Assembly: GCA_039802605.1 (NCBI GenBank)
Contig: JBDRWW010000005.1
Location: 32,001 to 96,000, forward strand
Origin: a candidate division WOR-3 bacterium
Lineage (GTDB): Bacteria > Hydrothermota > Hydrothermia > LBFQ01
Reading direction: 5' to 3'
DNA: 64,000 bases
Positions 20,350 through 29,892 of this stretch are shown here, piece after piece. How positions within the stretch are numbered: position 1 is the stretch's first letter; the number at the start of each line of letters is the position of its first letter. The notes under the pieces were generated by a model, which worked only from the letters and a program-made list of their open reading frames with translations, was not told where the DNA came from and did no database searches. Position numbers and translations under genes: made by a program.

Positions 20350-21075
20350 TTATCCCCAAATTCCGGTAATCGTGGGAAGCCAGTTGTTTAACAAAAAGTA
20401 TATCCTCCCCAATAGTAGGGATATCCTTCCCATAACCGTATAACCGAACGAGGCCCCAAATGCTATCATTATAAAAACTATACCCAACCTTACGATCGGC
20501 TTCATAATACCCTTATGCTCCGTTGAGAAAAAGAAGTAAAGGATTGATGTTATAACACCTACGAAGAATACCCAGTTTGAAAAAACCGTCCAAAAGCTTT
20601 CCCCCCAAAGGGGTAAAAATGTCGCCCTTATTTGGGGAATTATAAAACCTTGAAATGTAGCCGTTAAACCTATACCCGTATATATACCAATAGTGTAAGC
20701 CAATGGGTATAAAGCAAGCCATCTAAGGTTTGGGGCTATGTATCCGAAAATTTCAAGTTTTGTAAGTATTAAAAGTCCGAGTATTACCCCCACTATCACC
20801 GCAAATTGCCCCCAAGACAAAAAGGCGACTTTCTGACCAAAGAGGTATATTTCTCCGAACTTATAAATCATATACTTTGTATCCAACAAACCGTTCTGTA
20901 TTTGTGGCCATATAGCCTGCTGCAAGGTATTAATTATTCCATATCCGGCCGAAACTCCGACAAATATGTGTTCCGCAAGCCTATAAAAGGGGTTTTCCTT
21001 GAAAATCAAAGAGAGTATTGCAAATGTCAGTAAAGCCGCTACCCATATACCCACTATATCCCAGAAACCGTTCAT
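20350..21075 (-). CDS. conserved multi-pass membrane protein of unknown function
   Basis: About 6-7 TM segments; ENPFYRLAEHIFVGVSAGY and FGASFGYTVMGRISLL segments. Confidence 0.75.
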   Translation of the reverse strand: MNGFWDIVGIWVAALLTFAILSLIFKENPFYRLAEHIFVGVSAGYGIINTLQQAIWPQIQNGLLDTKYMIYKFGEIYLFGQKVAFLSWGQFAVIVGVILGLLILTKLEIFGYIAPNLRWLALYPLAYTIGIYTGIGLTATFQGFIIPQIRATFLPLWGESFWTVFSNWVFFVGVITSILYFFFSTEHKGIMKPIVRLGIVFIMIAFGASFGYTVMGRISLLLGRIYFLLNNWLPTITGIWG

Positions 21076-21311
21076 CTTTTACCTTTTTTGAGGTTTTCCA
21101 CCTCTTTGTAAAGGATTTCGTAGTTCTTTTCCAAAGCCTTTACCTTACCCACGGCGGATGAAACTTCCCCGTTTGCCTCGCTTAACTCGTTTCTCAACCT
21201 ATTAACCTCTATTTCCAACTTTGTTATCCTCTCCTCAAACTTTTTAACATCCCTTCCCGAAGAACAACCCGCAATAACAAAAAGAGACAATAAAAAAATC
21301 AACCTTTTCAT
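21072..21311 (-). CDS. small coiled-coil lipoprotein
   Basis: Lipobox IAGC followed by a heptad-rich helix. Confidence 0.75.
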   Translation of the reverse strand: MKRLIFLLSLFVIAGCSSGRDVKKFEERITKLEIEVNRLRNELSEANGEVSSAVGKVKALEKNYEILYKEVENLKKGKR

Positions 21312-21683
21312 TCAAAACCAATCCAAACCCTTATACCTATAGGCGTACATCCATCCACCCATTAATATGCTTACAAAAACTACAACAGCCCAAAAGGACA
21401 GGATTGGAGCAACCGAGGTGTATGATACTATCCATGGGAGGAAAAATGCTATTTCCACATCGAAGAGTAAGAACATGAGGGCTATCGGGAAGTACCTTAT
21501 GAAATACCTTTTACGGGCTTCGTCCATCGGTTTTTCACCGGATTCATACGGTTCATACTTTTGGGGTTCGGGTATGGCCCTCGGACGGAGGATTTTGTAT
21601 ATAACAAGCATTCCAGCTATGGCCAAAAATCCGAGTAAGAAGAAGATCCCCAAGGAGGTTAAATTTATCCAGAAGTTTTCCAA
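21312..21683 (-). CDS. nuoA: NADH-quinone oxidoreductase subunit A (copy 1)
   Basis: KYEPYESGE, RYFPIALMFLLFDVEIAF..PW, GLDW. Confidence 0.92.
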   Translation of the reverse strand: MENFWINLTSLGIFFLLGFLAIAGMLVIYKILRPRAIPEPQKYEPYESGEKPMDEARKRYFIRYFPIALMFLLFDVEIAFFLPWIVSYTSVAPILSFWAVVVFVSILMGGWMYAYRYKGLDWF

Positions 21684-21685
21684 TG

Positions 21686-21758
21686 CTCCCCGGGCAGGAT
21701 TCGAACCTGCGACCCCCCGGTTAACAGCCGGGTGCTCTACCTGCTGAGCTACCGGGGA
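21686..21758 (-). tRNA. tRNA-Asn(GTT), no encoded CCA
   Basis: Reverse complement TCCCCGGTAGCTCAG...CCCGG-CTGTTAA-CCGGG...GGTTCGAATCC...CCGGGGAG. Confidence 0.95.
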
Positions 21759-21830
21759 GCGTAGTAGGGTATTATAAGGGTGAAAGGGTTTTGGGTTAGG
21801 GTAGTTTTTCCGTAATATAATTCCCGGATT

Positions 21831-22418
21831 ATGAAAAGGTATTTAAAGGCTGGGGAAAAGCTCTTGCTCAACCATCCGTTTTATAAGGATTGGGAAAGCG
21901 GAAGGTTATCCGAAAGGGATCTGGCAATATACTCCGCAGAATACGAGCATTTTATAAAAGGGATCTTACCCCTTGCTTGGAAAGAATTGAGATATAACAA
22001 TATCTACGAGGAGGAATTGGAACATGCGGAACTTTGGAAGGTATTCGGCAATTCGGTAAATTATACTCCTACCAAAACCCCACAAACCGACGGTATGAAA
22101 AGGTTAATTCAAAAGTTCAACTCCATAAAACATAACAAACCCTCCCTAATAGGATTCCTTTACGCCTTCGAACATCAACAGCCGGAGGTATCAAAGAGCA
22201 AACTTCAAGGCTTGGAAAAATGGTTTAACATCCCGGATAAAGGCAAGGAGTACTTTTTATTACACGCCAGAAATACGGAGGAAAAGGGGATTTTGGAGAA
22301 CCTTATAAACTCTATGAACAACGATGAATTCTCCAAATGCGAGGAAACATTTGAGGAAACCATAAACATCTTGTGGGATGTTTTAACCGATATACAAAAC
22401 CTTTGCCTTAAAGGTTGA
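21831..22418 (+). CDS. heme-oxygenase-like (TenA/PqqC/CADD family) diiron protein
   Basis: LLNHPFY..W..G.L, EEE..H.ELW..F, LYAFE.Q.P....K..GL, YF..H. Confidence 0.75.
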   Translation: MKRYLKAGEKLLLNHPFYKDWESGRLSERDLAIYSAEYEHFIKGILPLAWKELRYNNIYEEELEHAELWKVFGNSVNYTPTKTPQTDGMKRLIQKFNSIKHNKPSLIGFLYAFEHQQPEVSKSKLQGLEKWFNIPDKGKEYFLLHARNTEEKGILENLINSMNNDEFSKCEETFEETINILWDVLTDIQNLCLKG

Positions 22419-22834
22419 GGGAACAACTCCTGAAATTTTTAGATGAAAGGTTTGGAATAGGGGAGGATGTTTTTAAGGGTTTTAAGTTTGTACAAAGGGG
22501 GGATGATGTTTGGATAATGTCGCAGGATATACCGGATAACCTAAAAGACATAAATAGGGCGGGTTTGAGGTTTGCGAGGGGGGTTTCAAGGAATATAAAG
22601 ATAACAACGGCCGTCATCCAGCTCTTCGGTAAATACGCCACAAAAAATGTGGTTAATATATCGGAGGAACACCTATGGGATTTTCTCGCGGGAAGGGATA
22701 TAATTGTTGGAAAATTGGAAGGCGTTGAAAGGGGTCAGGTTATAGTGAAATTCGGGGAAGATGTTTTGGGTTTGGGTTTGTACGACGGTGAGAAAATTAA
22801 AAATCAAATACCCAAGGCCAGAAGAATAGTTTAG
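22415..22834 (+). CDS. stand-alone RsmF-type C-terminal/PUA-like RNA-binding domain protein
   Basis: RFGI, RAGLR, A.KNVV.I, G.VIV....LG.G....IKN.IPK pattern. Assignment from recall. Confidence 0.55.
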   Translation: MREQLLKFLDERFGIGEDVFKGFKFVQRGDDVWIMSQDIPDNLKDINRAGLRFARGVSRNIKITTAVIQLFGKYATKNVVNISEEHLWDFLAGRDIIVGKLEGVERGQVIVKFGEDVLGLGLYDGEKIKNQIPKARRIV

Positions 22835-23121
22835 AGTATGTCAAAGGATATGGGTTCTATACTCTTCTTTATCCCGAGGATTTCAAAGTTTTCATCAACC
22901 TTATCTATGATCCTCTCCAATATGGAATCCAAAACGCTCGCGGTATTCCCCACAACGACATAAACAACGGTTGCCAGTTGCCATTTATCGTGATTGTCAA
23001 TTTCGGAGAACGCCGCATTAAAATCCCGGGAAATACTTCGCAATGTATAAAGGTATTTCCTCTTTTCCTTTAACGACCTAACAAAGGGGAGGTGTATTTC
23101 CAAAACCAATATTCCCAACAT
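22831..23121 (-). CDS. DUF503 (YlxP-like) protein
   Basis: EIHLP..RSLKEKR, FN...SE...D.WQ. Confidence 0.85.
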   Translation of the reverse strand: MLGILVLEIHLPFVRSLKEKRKYLYTLRSISRDFNAAFSEIDNHDKWQLATVVYVVVGNTASVLDSILERIIDKVDENFEILGIKKSIEPISFDIL

Positions 23122-23122
23122 C

Positions 23123-24067
23123 TTACGATTTTATAGCCGAAGCCCTTATGTATATACAGTCCCCATCTTTAACCACATAATCCCTACCCTCCAACCTTAT
23201 GAAGTTTTTCTCCCTTGCCCCCTTCCAACCCCCATACTTTATAAGTTCTTCCCAGTTTATAACCTCCGCCTTTATAAATGTGCGGGCTAAATCCTTGTGT
23301 ATCTTACCGGCGGCATCAACCGCGGTTGAGCCCTTTTCCAACAACCAGCCCCTAACCTCCTTTTCCGAAGGTGTAAAGAAAACTATAAGTTGTAGGATTT
23401 CAAGGAGTTTTTGGAAAAGTTTTTCCGTAATATCATCAACATCGTCTTTTAAAACATTGAAAAGGAGATACGGGAGGTTTTGGCTTTTGAGTTCTTCATA
23501 TACCGAATCCTCTATTTTGGAGTTTTCGGTAATGTTTAGAACTACCAAGCGGGGTTTTAACGAAAGGAATCCATAGCCTTTTAAGATCTTTCTTTCTTCA
23601 TCGGAAAAATCACCGGAGTTTAACGGTATCCCTTCGGATATGATTTTATAAGCCTTTTCCAAAACCCCTAAAACCTTTTCATCCCCCTTACCTACGGCAA
23701 CCTCTTTTTTTAATCTCTGTATATTCCCCTCTAAAACTTCGGATTCTATGCTCAGAAATTTCAGCGTTGTATCCGTAAATGTGGTAAAGTTTTCGGTCAA
23801 TCCTCCTACAACCTCAATAAAGGCGTCGGCATTAACGAGTTGTTGAAATAACGACCTCTCCTTTCCGTATGAAAACATCTTGCCAAGGGCATCGGAATCG
23901 TAAAGGTTTATGAAGGGTGGGGTAATCTTTTTTGGTTTGAAGAAATCAACAAGTGTTTTGAGCCTTTTATCGTTAAGCTTTAAAGAACCAACACCTTTGC
24001 CACCCGTTAGCCTATACAAAAGCGTACTTTTCCCCGTAAAGGGGGAACCGATTATATAAACATCCAT
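23123..24067 (-). CDS. ychF: divergent YchF/Obg-family ATPase with TGS domain
   Basis: GSPFTGKST P-loop, LSLKP, FFT...EVRGW, AAGKIHKDL..FIKAEV, RLEGRDYVVKDGD. Confidence 0.75.
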   Translation of the reverse strand: MDVYIIGSPFTGKSTLLYRLTGGKGVGSLKLNDKRLKTLVDFFKPKKITPPFINLYDSDALGKMFSYGKERSLFQQLVNADAFIEVVGGLTENFTTFTDTTLKFLSIESEVLEGNIQRLKKEVAVGKGDEKVLGVLEKAYKIISEGIPLNSGDFSDEERKILKGYGFLSLKPRLVVLNITENSKIEDSVYEELKSQNLPYLLFNVLKDDVDDITEKLFQKLLEILQLIVFFTPSEKEVRGWLLEKGSTAVDAAGKIHKDLARTFIKAEVINWEELIKYGGWKGAREKNFIRLEGRDYVVKDGDCIYIRASAIKS

Positions 24068-24498
24068 TAAAGGAGTTCGGCGTTAAGGACTATTTCCGGA
24101 ACACCTCCCAAGGCAACGGATACAGGGCAACCCTTTTTTGCCTGCTCGGCAAATTTTAAAAATGTTTCCCAATCTATACCCTCAACCCTTGCCTTTGTAT
24201 TTAAAACGATTTTTGTAATCCTAGGACCCTCTTCCTTCATCTCCAAATAAACCTCGGCTTCCGTTGAAACCTCATTAACCTTATAACCGTTCTTTTCCAA
24301 GGTCGCGGATAGGGCCATACTAAAACAACCCGCATGAGCCGCCGCTATTAACTCCTCGGGGTTCGTACCCTCACCGCTTTCAAACCTTGAAGCAAAGGTA
24401 AAGGGACCCTCAAACCAACCCCTACCCACAACCATTTTACCCTTTCCATCCCTTAAACCGCCAGACCATACGGCCGATGATTTTCTGATTATCGCCAT
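24067..24498 (-). CDS. osmC: OsmC peroxiredoxin
   Basis: SRFE...GTNPEELIAAAHAGCFSMAL, AKKGCPVS. Confidence 0.93.
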   Translation of the reverse strand: MAIIRKSSAVWSGGLRDGKGKMVVGRGWFEGPFTFASRFESGEGTNPEELIAAAHAGCFSMALSATLEKNGYKVNEVSTEAEVYLEMKEEGPRITKIVLNTKARVEGIDWETFLKFAEQAKKGCPVSVALGGVPEIVLNAELL

Positions 24499-24518
24499 AG
24501 GTGGGTATTGTAAGGGCG

Positions 24519-25280
24519 TTATATATTTGATAGGTTTTCCGCAAAATATGTGGGGACTATTTTCAACCTTTCCACATCTTCAAGGGTATGTACGCCCGTT
24601 AAAACAAAAACCGTGGGTATGTTTAGCCTATTCCCGCCGATAATATCCGTATCCAGCCTATCCCCTATTACTATTGCGGTTTCTATACTCCCCGAGAATT
24701 CGTAAATATAACGGTTTGGTTTTCCCATAACGGCATCCGGCTCCCTACCAGAAGCGTATGATATAGCCGAAACCAAGGAACCCGCGCCGGGCAAGATCCC
24801 ATCCGATTTTTTTATATGTGCATCCGTATTTGTGGCTATAAATGTTAGTCCCCTATGAACAAAGTTTGCCGCTTTTTTTAGTTTCTCATAGTTAAAATTC
24901 CTATCCAAACCCACCACAACGGCTTCGGGATTGACATCATCGGTTGTAATACCTTTGCTTTTTAATGGGTCAATCAGTCCGTCCTCACCTATTGCAAAAA
25001 CCCTTTTTATACCCCTTTTAAAAAGGTATTCCGCCGCAACGACGGAAGGGGTTATAACCTTGTCGGGATACAAACCCAAAGCCCTCAACCTTTCGGCATA
25101 GTACTCCGGCGTTCTTGTGGAGTTGTTGGTTAAGAACACCAATTTTTTACCCATTTCCTTTAACCTCTTTAAACCCTCAACATTTTCCCAAATAACTTCC
25201 TCCTCCATCCACACAACACCATCCAAATCGCACAAAACGGTTTCAAACTTTCTAAAATCATCAATTGTTATCCTTTTCAC
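24519..25280 (-). CDS. HAD-superfamily IIA hydrolase (NagD-like)
   Basis: DLDGV, LTNNS, GKP, IGDRLDTDI, VLTGV. Confidence 0.9.
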   Translation of the reverse strand: MKRITIDDFRKFETVLCDLDGVVWMEEEVIWENVEGLKRLKEMGKKLVFLTNNSTRTPEYYAERLRALGLYPDKVITPSVVAAEYLFKRGIKRVFAIGEDGLIDPLKSKGITTDDVNPEAVVVGLDRNFNYEKLKKAANFVHRGLTFIATNTDAHIKKSDGILPGAGSLVSAISYASGREPDAVMGKPNRYIYEFSGSIETAIVIGDRLDTDIIGGNRLNIPTVFVLTGVHTLEDVERLKIVPTYFAENLSNI

Positions 25281-26026
25281 CTAAAACCGTAAATTTTTAC
25301 AATTGTGGGCGAAAAGGACGAGAGGATTTTTGAGGCCAAGAAGTCCCCAAAGGATATAAAAACCTCTTCCTTTTCGCGGATTATTGACTTTACTATTTTA
25401 TCCGCAACCTTATCGGGTGAAACGGCTCTACCAACGGGTTTGGACCTTTCTCCGATGGTTTTTTCAAAAAATGGGGTTTTAACCGCCGGTGGATAAACGT
25501 TTATGATTTTTATCCCCTTATCCTTTAACTCCTCCCTTAGAGACATAAATATAAACCTCTCGGCGGATTTTGAGGTGGCATAAATGTTCCATTTAGGCAA
25601 GGGCAAAAATGCTATAAGGCTTATAACATTGACGATTATGGCCTTTTCGCCGTTTTTAAATTTTGCGAATTCTATTGATAAATCCAAAGGCGCCCAGAAG
25701 TTAACCTCCATTATGGTTTGCAAATCCTTCCAGTTGGAATGTAAAAGACTTCCAAAATAACCCACACCGGCGTTGTTTATCAAGATATCAACACCATCAA
25801 GGATTTCATAGGCGGATGGTATTAAACCCTTTCTCGCGGATGCATCCCTTAAATCCAACCTAAAAGTTTTTATTTCGGGAAATTCCTCTTTTAGTTTTTT
25901 TAATGCCTCTTCGTTTTTGCCCACGGCCAAAATCTTCGCATTTCTCTCGTAGAGTTTCCTAACCAAGGAATAACCTATTCCGGAAGTTGCCCCCGTTATG
26001 ATAACGCCTTTCCCCTCAATTTTCAT
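25277..26026 (-). CDS. short-chain dehydrogenase/reductase
   Basis: [17 protein letters not shown]. Confidence 0.9.
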   Translation of the reverse strand: MKIEGKGVIITGATSGIGYSLVRKLYERNAKILAVGKNEEALKKLKEEFPEIKTFRLDLRDASARKGLIPSAYEILDGVDILINNAGVGYFGSLLHSNWKDLQTIMEVNFWAPLDLSIEFAKFKNGEKAIIVNVISLIAFLPLPKWNIYATSKSAERFIFMSLREELKDKGIKIINVYPPAVKTPFFEKTIGERSKPVGRAVSPDKVADKIVKSIIREKEEVFISFGDFLASKILSSFSPTIVKIYGFR

Positions 26027-27116
26027 TTCTTTTCTTTGACAATTCTAGGAGCTTTTTGTAAAGCTCCCTTTCTTCCTTACTTATACCGCGTGGTACTTTT
26101 ATGGTTGCCTTTAACAACAGATCGCCGCTTCCCCCACCCGGATCGGGAATCCCTTTACCCCTAATCCTTGCGAATATTTCACCGTTTTGCAAACCTTCCG
26201 GGATTTTAACCCTTATTTTTTCACCGGTTAAATGTACAAACTCCGTTTCACCACCCAAAACGGCCAATGGTGGCTCAACTTCAAGGTTGTATATTAGGTC
26301 TCTATTGTTTCTCGTGTATTGTGGGTGTGGTTTTTCCTTTATGTGGATAACAAGCCTCCCCCTTCCCCTCCTACCCTCATGCCCCCAATTTTTATAAACC
26401 ACTTTTTGCCCATTAAGAACACCGGGCGGTATATTTACAACCCTTTGTACCTCCTCCCATACAAACCCCCTACCCCCACATCTATAACAGGTTTTACCAC
26501 TAATTCCCCTACCCCCACAGTTTGAGCAAACCGTATCTACATAAAAAGTACCTATGAAAGTCCTGTTGGCCCTCCTAATCCTACCGCTTCCATAACAAAC
26601 GGGACAGGTATGCGGGTCGGTTATACCCTCACCCCTGCAAACCGGACATAAGACCTTTCTGGTATATTTAATCCTTTTCTCCGCTCCCTTAACTATTTCT
26701 TCCAGATCCAATTCCAAATCAATATGCACATCAAGGTCTTCCACCTCTTCATATACCCTTCTACCCCTCCCGAAAAGGGTTTCAAATATATCCTCAAACC
26801 TTCCAAAACCCCTTCCAAATATGTTTTCCAAAATCTCGTCTACGGTCATACCCGAGAAATCAACACCCACATCGGGTGCCCCTGTATCGGGATCCCATCC
26901 CCTATCATACATTTCTCTCTTTTTCGGATCGGATAACACCGCGTAGGCCTCGCTTATCTCCTTGAACTTTTGCTCCGCTTCCGCCTTTTTTTCGGGTGGA
27001 ACCCTGTCGGGATGCCATTGCATTGCCAATTTGGCAAAAGCGGCATCTATTTGTTCTTTCGTTGCATTACGGGGAACGCCCAGAATCTCATAATAATCCT
27101 TTTTATTCGCCCTCAT
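26016..27116 (-). CDS. dnaJ: DnaJ chaperone
   Basis: [12 protein letters not shown], four CxxCxGxG repeats. Confidence 0.92.
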   Translation of the reverse strand: MRANKKDYYEILGVPRNATKEQIDAAFAKLAMQWHPDRVPPEKKAEAEQKFKEISEAYAVLSDPKKREMYDRGWDPDTGAPDVGVDFSGMTVDEILENIFGRGFGRFEDIFETLFGRGRRVYEEVEDLDVHIDLELDLEEIVKGAEKRIKYTRKVLCPVCRGEGITDPHTCPVCYGSGRIRRANRTFIGTFYVDTVCSNCGGRGISGKTCYRCGGRGFVWEEVQRVVNIPPGVLNGQKVVYKNWGHEGRRGRGRLVIHIKEKPHPQYTRNNRDLIYNLEVEPPLAVLGGETEFVHLTGEKIRVKIPEGLQNGEIFARIRGKGIPDPGGGSGDLLLKATIKVPRGISKEERELYKKLLELSKKRNEN

Positions 27117-27117
27117 A

Positions 27118-27471
27118 TCACAACCACTTTATAGCACCCTTACCCCAAGCATATATATAACCAACCAATAAAACCAAGATAAAGAAACCCCCTTCTAGCG
27201 CCGCCAAAAGCTTCAAATCCCCCACTTGCAACGCCCACGGGAATAACAATATAGCCTCAACATCAAAAATTAAAAATATTACCGCAACCAAAAAGTATTT
27301 TACGGCAAGTTTTCCTTTTGGCCACTTACCGGGCTTCACCCCGGATTCGTAGGGCTCCAACTTCTCCTTATTTGGTCTTTTTGGACCCAAAACAAAGGAC
27401 AAAACAACACCCGAATACCCCAACACTATGGCTATTAACAACATTACACCCAACTTCCAGAGTTCCTCCAT
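27118..27471 (-). CDS. nuoA: NADH-quinone oxidoreductase subunit A (copy 2)
   Basis: [35 protein letters not shown]. Start placed at ATG 27471, 10 nt after TAAAAT. Confidence 0.92.
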   Translation of the reverse strand: MEELWKLGVMLLIAIVLGYSGVVLSFVLGPKRPNKEKLEPYESGVKPGKWPKGKLAVKYFLVAVIFLIFDVEAILLFPWALQVGDLKLLAALEGGFFILVLLVGYIYAWGKGAIKWL

Positions 27472-27552
27472 AAAGTTGTGTATTTTAAGGTTGTTAATTG
27501 TGGGTTTAATATGCCACCCCCGGTAAATCACTCACCCTTAAAATACCGTTCT

Positions 27553-27805
27553 TTGAGGGAGAAATTGGGTGAGGAAGCAACGGATTCGCTTAGTTATGGA
27601 AGCCGCCGAGGATAGGTTTGCTAGGAGATTGGCGGAGGAAATTGGGAAGTTAAGGGTGGAAATGTATAACGAAATGGGGAAATTAAGGGCAGAGATGCAC
27701 CAATTCAAAGGGGATATAGTTAAATGGATGTTTGTGTTTTGGATTGGACAGGTTATAGCCCTCGGAAGTTTGATGTTTGCAATGATAAAAATTTTTCGGG
27801 AATAG
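27553..27805 (+). pseudogene. frameshifted coiled-coil protein with C-terminal membrane anchor (DUF1640/CCDC90-like)
   Basis: TTG at 27553 reads LREKLGEEATDSL and then shifts at ~27591 to EDRFARRLAEE...DIVKWMFVFWIGQ; 11-residue repeat. Confidence 0.6.
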
Positions 27806-27817
27806 AATAACGGCTTA

Positions 27818-28735
27818 ATGAAACACCTACTTGATATTGAAACCCTGCAAGTTGAAGATATTTTAAAAATCCTTGATACCGCCGAGATCTTTTTAAAAGT
27901 TTTGGATCAGCCTTCCAAGAAATTACCAACGCTAAAAGGTAAAACGGTTCTGTTTATGTTCCTTGAACCCTCAACTAGGACTCAAATGTCTTTTGAATTG
28001 GCCGCTAAAAGGCTTTCGGCCGACACCATAAACTTCTCGCCCTCAAAATCCTCCATGCAAAAAGGCGAAACCCTACTTGATACGCTTTTGAACCTACAAT
28101 CTATGGAAATAGATGCAATAGTTGTAAGGAGTTCTTCGCCGGGAGCACCACACTTTTTAGCAAAACACACAAATGCAAGCGTTATAAACGCGGGGGATGG
28201 TATGCACGAACATCCAACGCAGGCCTTGCTTGATGCCTTTACGGTAAGGAAAAAATTGGGGAAATTGGAAAACTTAAAAATACTCATAGTGGGCGATATT
28301 TTGCATTCAAGGGTTGCAAGGTCAAACCTGTTTTTGTGGAAAAAGTTTAATTCAGAGGTTTATTTTAGTGGCCCTCCAACCCTTGTACCTAAGGAATTTG
28401 AAAAATTGGGGGCAAAAATTGTAAATTTTGACGAGTATATTGATAAAGTTGATGTTATAATGGCTTTGAGGGTTCAGAGGGAAAGGATGGAGGGATCGTT
28501 TATACCATCTGTGAGGGAATACAGAAAATTCTGGGGTATAACGGTTGAGAGGCTAAATAAGATTCCGGAGAAAACTATAATTATGCATCCAGGCCCCGTA
28601 AATTGGGGTGTTGAAATGGATTGGGAGGTTAATCATAGGGAAAACACCGTAATTTTGGATCAGGTTAGGAATGGCGTTGCGGTTAGAATGTCCGTATTGT
28701 ATCACTTACTCGCAAAAGCGGAGGATATGAGGTGA
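27818..28735 (+). CDS. pyrB: aspartate carbamoyltransferase catalytic subunit
   Basis: EPSTRT.SFE, NAGDG.HEHPTQALLD, GDILHSRVARS, MHPGP. Confidence 0.96.
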   Translation: MKHLLDIETLQVEDILKILDTAEIFLKVLDQPSKKLPTLKGKTVLFMFLEPSTRTQMSFELAAKRLSADTINFSPSKSSMQKGETLLDTLLNLQSMEIDAIVVRSSSPGAPHFLAKHTNASVINAGDGMHEHPTQALLDAFTVRKKLGKLENLKILIVGDILHSRVARSNLFLWKKFNSEVYFSGPPTLVPKEFEKLGAKIVNFDEYIDKVDVIMALRVQRERMEGSFIPSVREYRKFWGITVERLNKIPEKTIIMHPGPVNWGVEMDWEVNHRENTVILDQVRNGVAVRMSVLYHLLAKAEDMR

Positions 28736-29892
28736 AGGGGATTTTGTACTATCCTTACAAGGCTTTAACTGTTAAAAAGATCTCATTGGCCTTTATATGG
28801 GTCTTGATAGGGGCGGTTTTGTATTCTTCATTTACATATTTGGCATATTATGTGTCGGGTTTGGATTTATCAAGGGTTTGGGAGATAAACGGTTTATTCC
28901 CCATACCCATATGGGCTAAAACCTTTCCAAAATACTTGCCGGAAAGGGGGGGAAATGTGCTATTCCCCACGGATTTTGAGGTATTCAATTTTTGGGGAAA
29001 GGTTCTTTGGTTCTTAGGAGTTTATGGGGTTATATATTCATACTTTTCGGCGGGCATAGGGATTTCAAGGTTTGTTATAGAGGAGGAAAGGGGAGACCCT
29101 TTTTATCCATTTTTGGATGCCTTAAAGGAATCGTTTAAAAAATCCGGCCTCTTCATAACATCAACCCTAACCGTAATTTCCTCTTTTGTAATAGTGATTA
29201 TAGTTCATCTGTTGATTTCGCTTTGGGGGAATTTTAAAGGTTTGGTTTATTTAACAGGTGCAGTACTGATCATTGTTTTTCCGTTTTTGGTTGTTTTGAG
29301 CGCCCTGTTTTTATACCTGATTTTGGGATTTTTGAGCGTTGTAATCTTTGGCCCCGTAGTTTCCACATCAATGGAAGGGGATACATTTGACCTGTTTTAT
29401 GAAGGCTTCACCATTTTAAACGAGAGATTGGTTAAGGCCATATTTTTGGAAGGCATAAACTTTGCGGTTAAAATTTTCTCATTTTCCCTGTTTTCATATG
29501 TGTTTTTAAGGGCGGTGTTGTTATCTTTAAAAATTTTAACCCTTATATCCCCAAGGCTGAAATTCATCCTTTATTCAAATATAGACCTCGTTTCCTTTCC
29601 ACAACTCCATCCCCTACTATCGCAATACTTTGCCTTTATCATACCCCGTGAGTTTTTCGTTCCCATCGCCACCCCCATACCATCACCGCTTACAAATACA
29701 TTTTCTATCGTATTTTCAGTCTGGTTTTTTGTTTTTATGTTTGTATGTTCGGCGGTTTATGTAAGCCTTACTTGGACGGGTAGAACATATGTTTATAGGG
29801 AAATGGTTAAGGATAAAGATGGCTTGGATATATTTGCAATAAAACCAAAATTGCTAAATTTCAAGGTTGAGACCCAATCCCAAACCGAATAG
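28732..29892 (+). CDS. multi-pass membrane protein of unknown function
   Basis: Multiple long hydrophobic segments; GTGA overlap with pyrB. Confidence 0.7.
   Translation: MKGILYYPYKALTVKKISLAFIWVLIGAVLYSSFTYLAYYVSGLDLSRVWEINGLFPIPIWAKTFPKYLPERGGNVLFPTDFEVFNFWGKVLWFLGVYGVIYSYFSAGIGISRFVIEEERGDPFYPFLDALKESFKKSGLFITSTLTVISSFVIVIIVHLLISLWGNFKGLVYLTGAVLIIVFPFLVVLSALFLYLILGFLSVVIFGPVVSTSMEGDTFDLFYEGFTILNERLVKAIFLEGINFAVKIFSFSLFSYVFLRAVLLSLKILTLISPRLKFILYSNIDLVSFPQLHPLLSQYFAFIIPREFFVPIATPIPSPLTNTFSIVFSVWFFVFMFVCSAVYVSLTWTGRTYVYREMVKDKDGLDIFAIKPKLLNFKVETQSQTE

Noticed and set aside
21367..21747. 126-aa plus-strand ORF
   Set aside because: Antisense to nuoA and tRNA-Asn; its tail is a translated tRNA.
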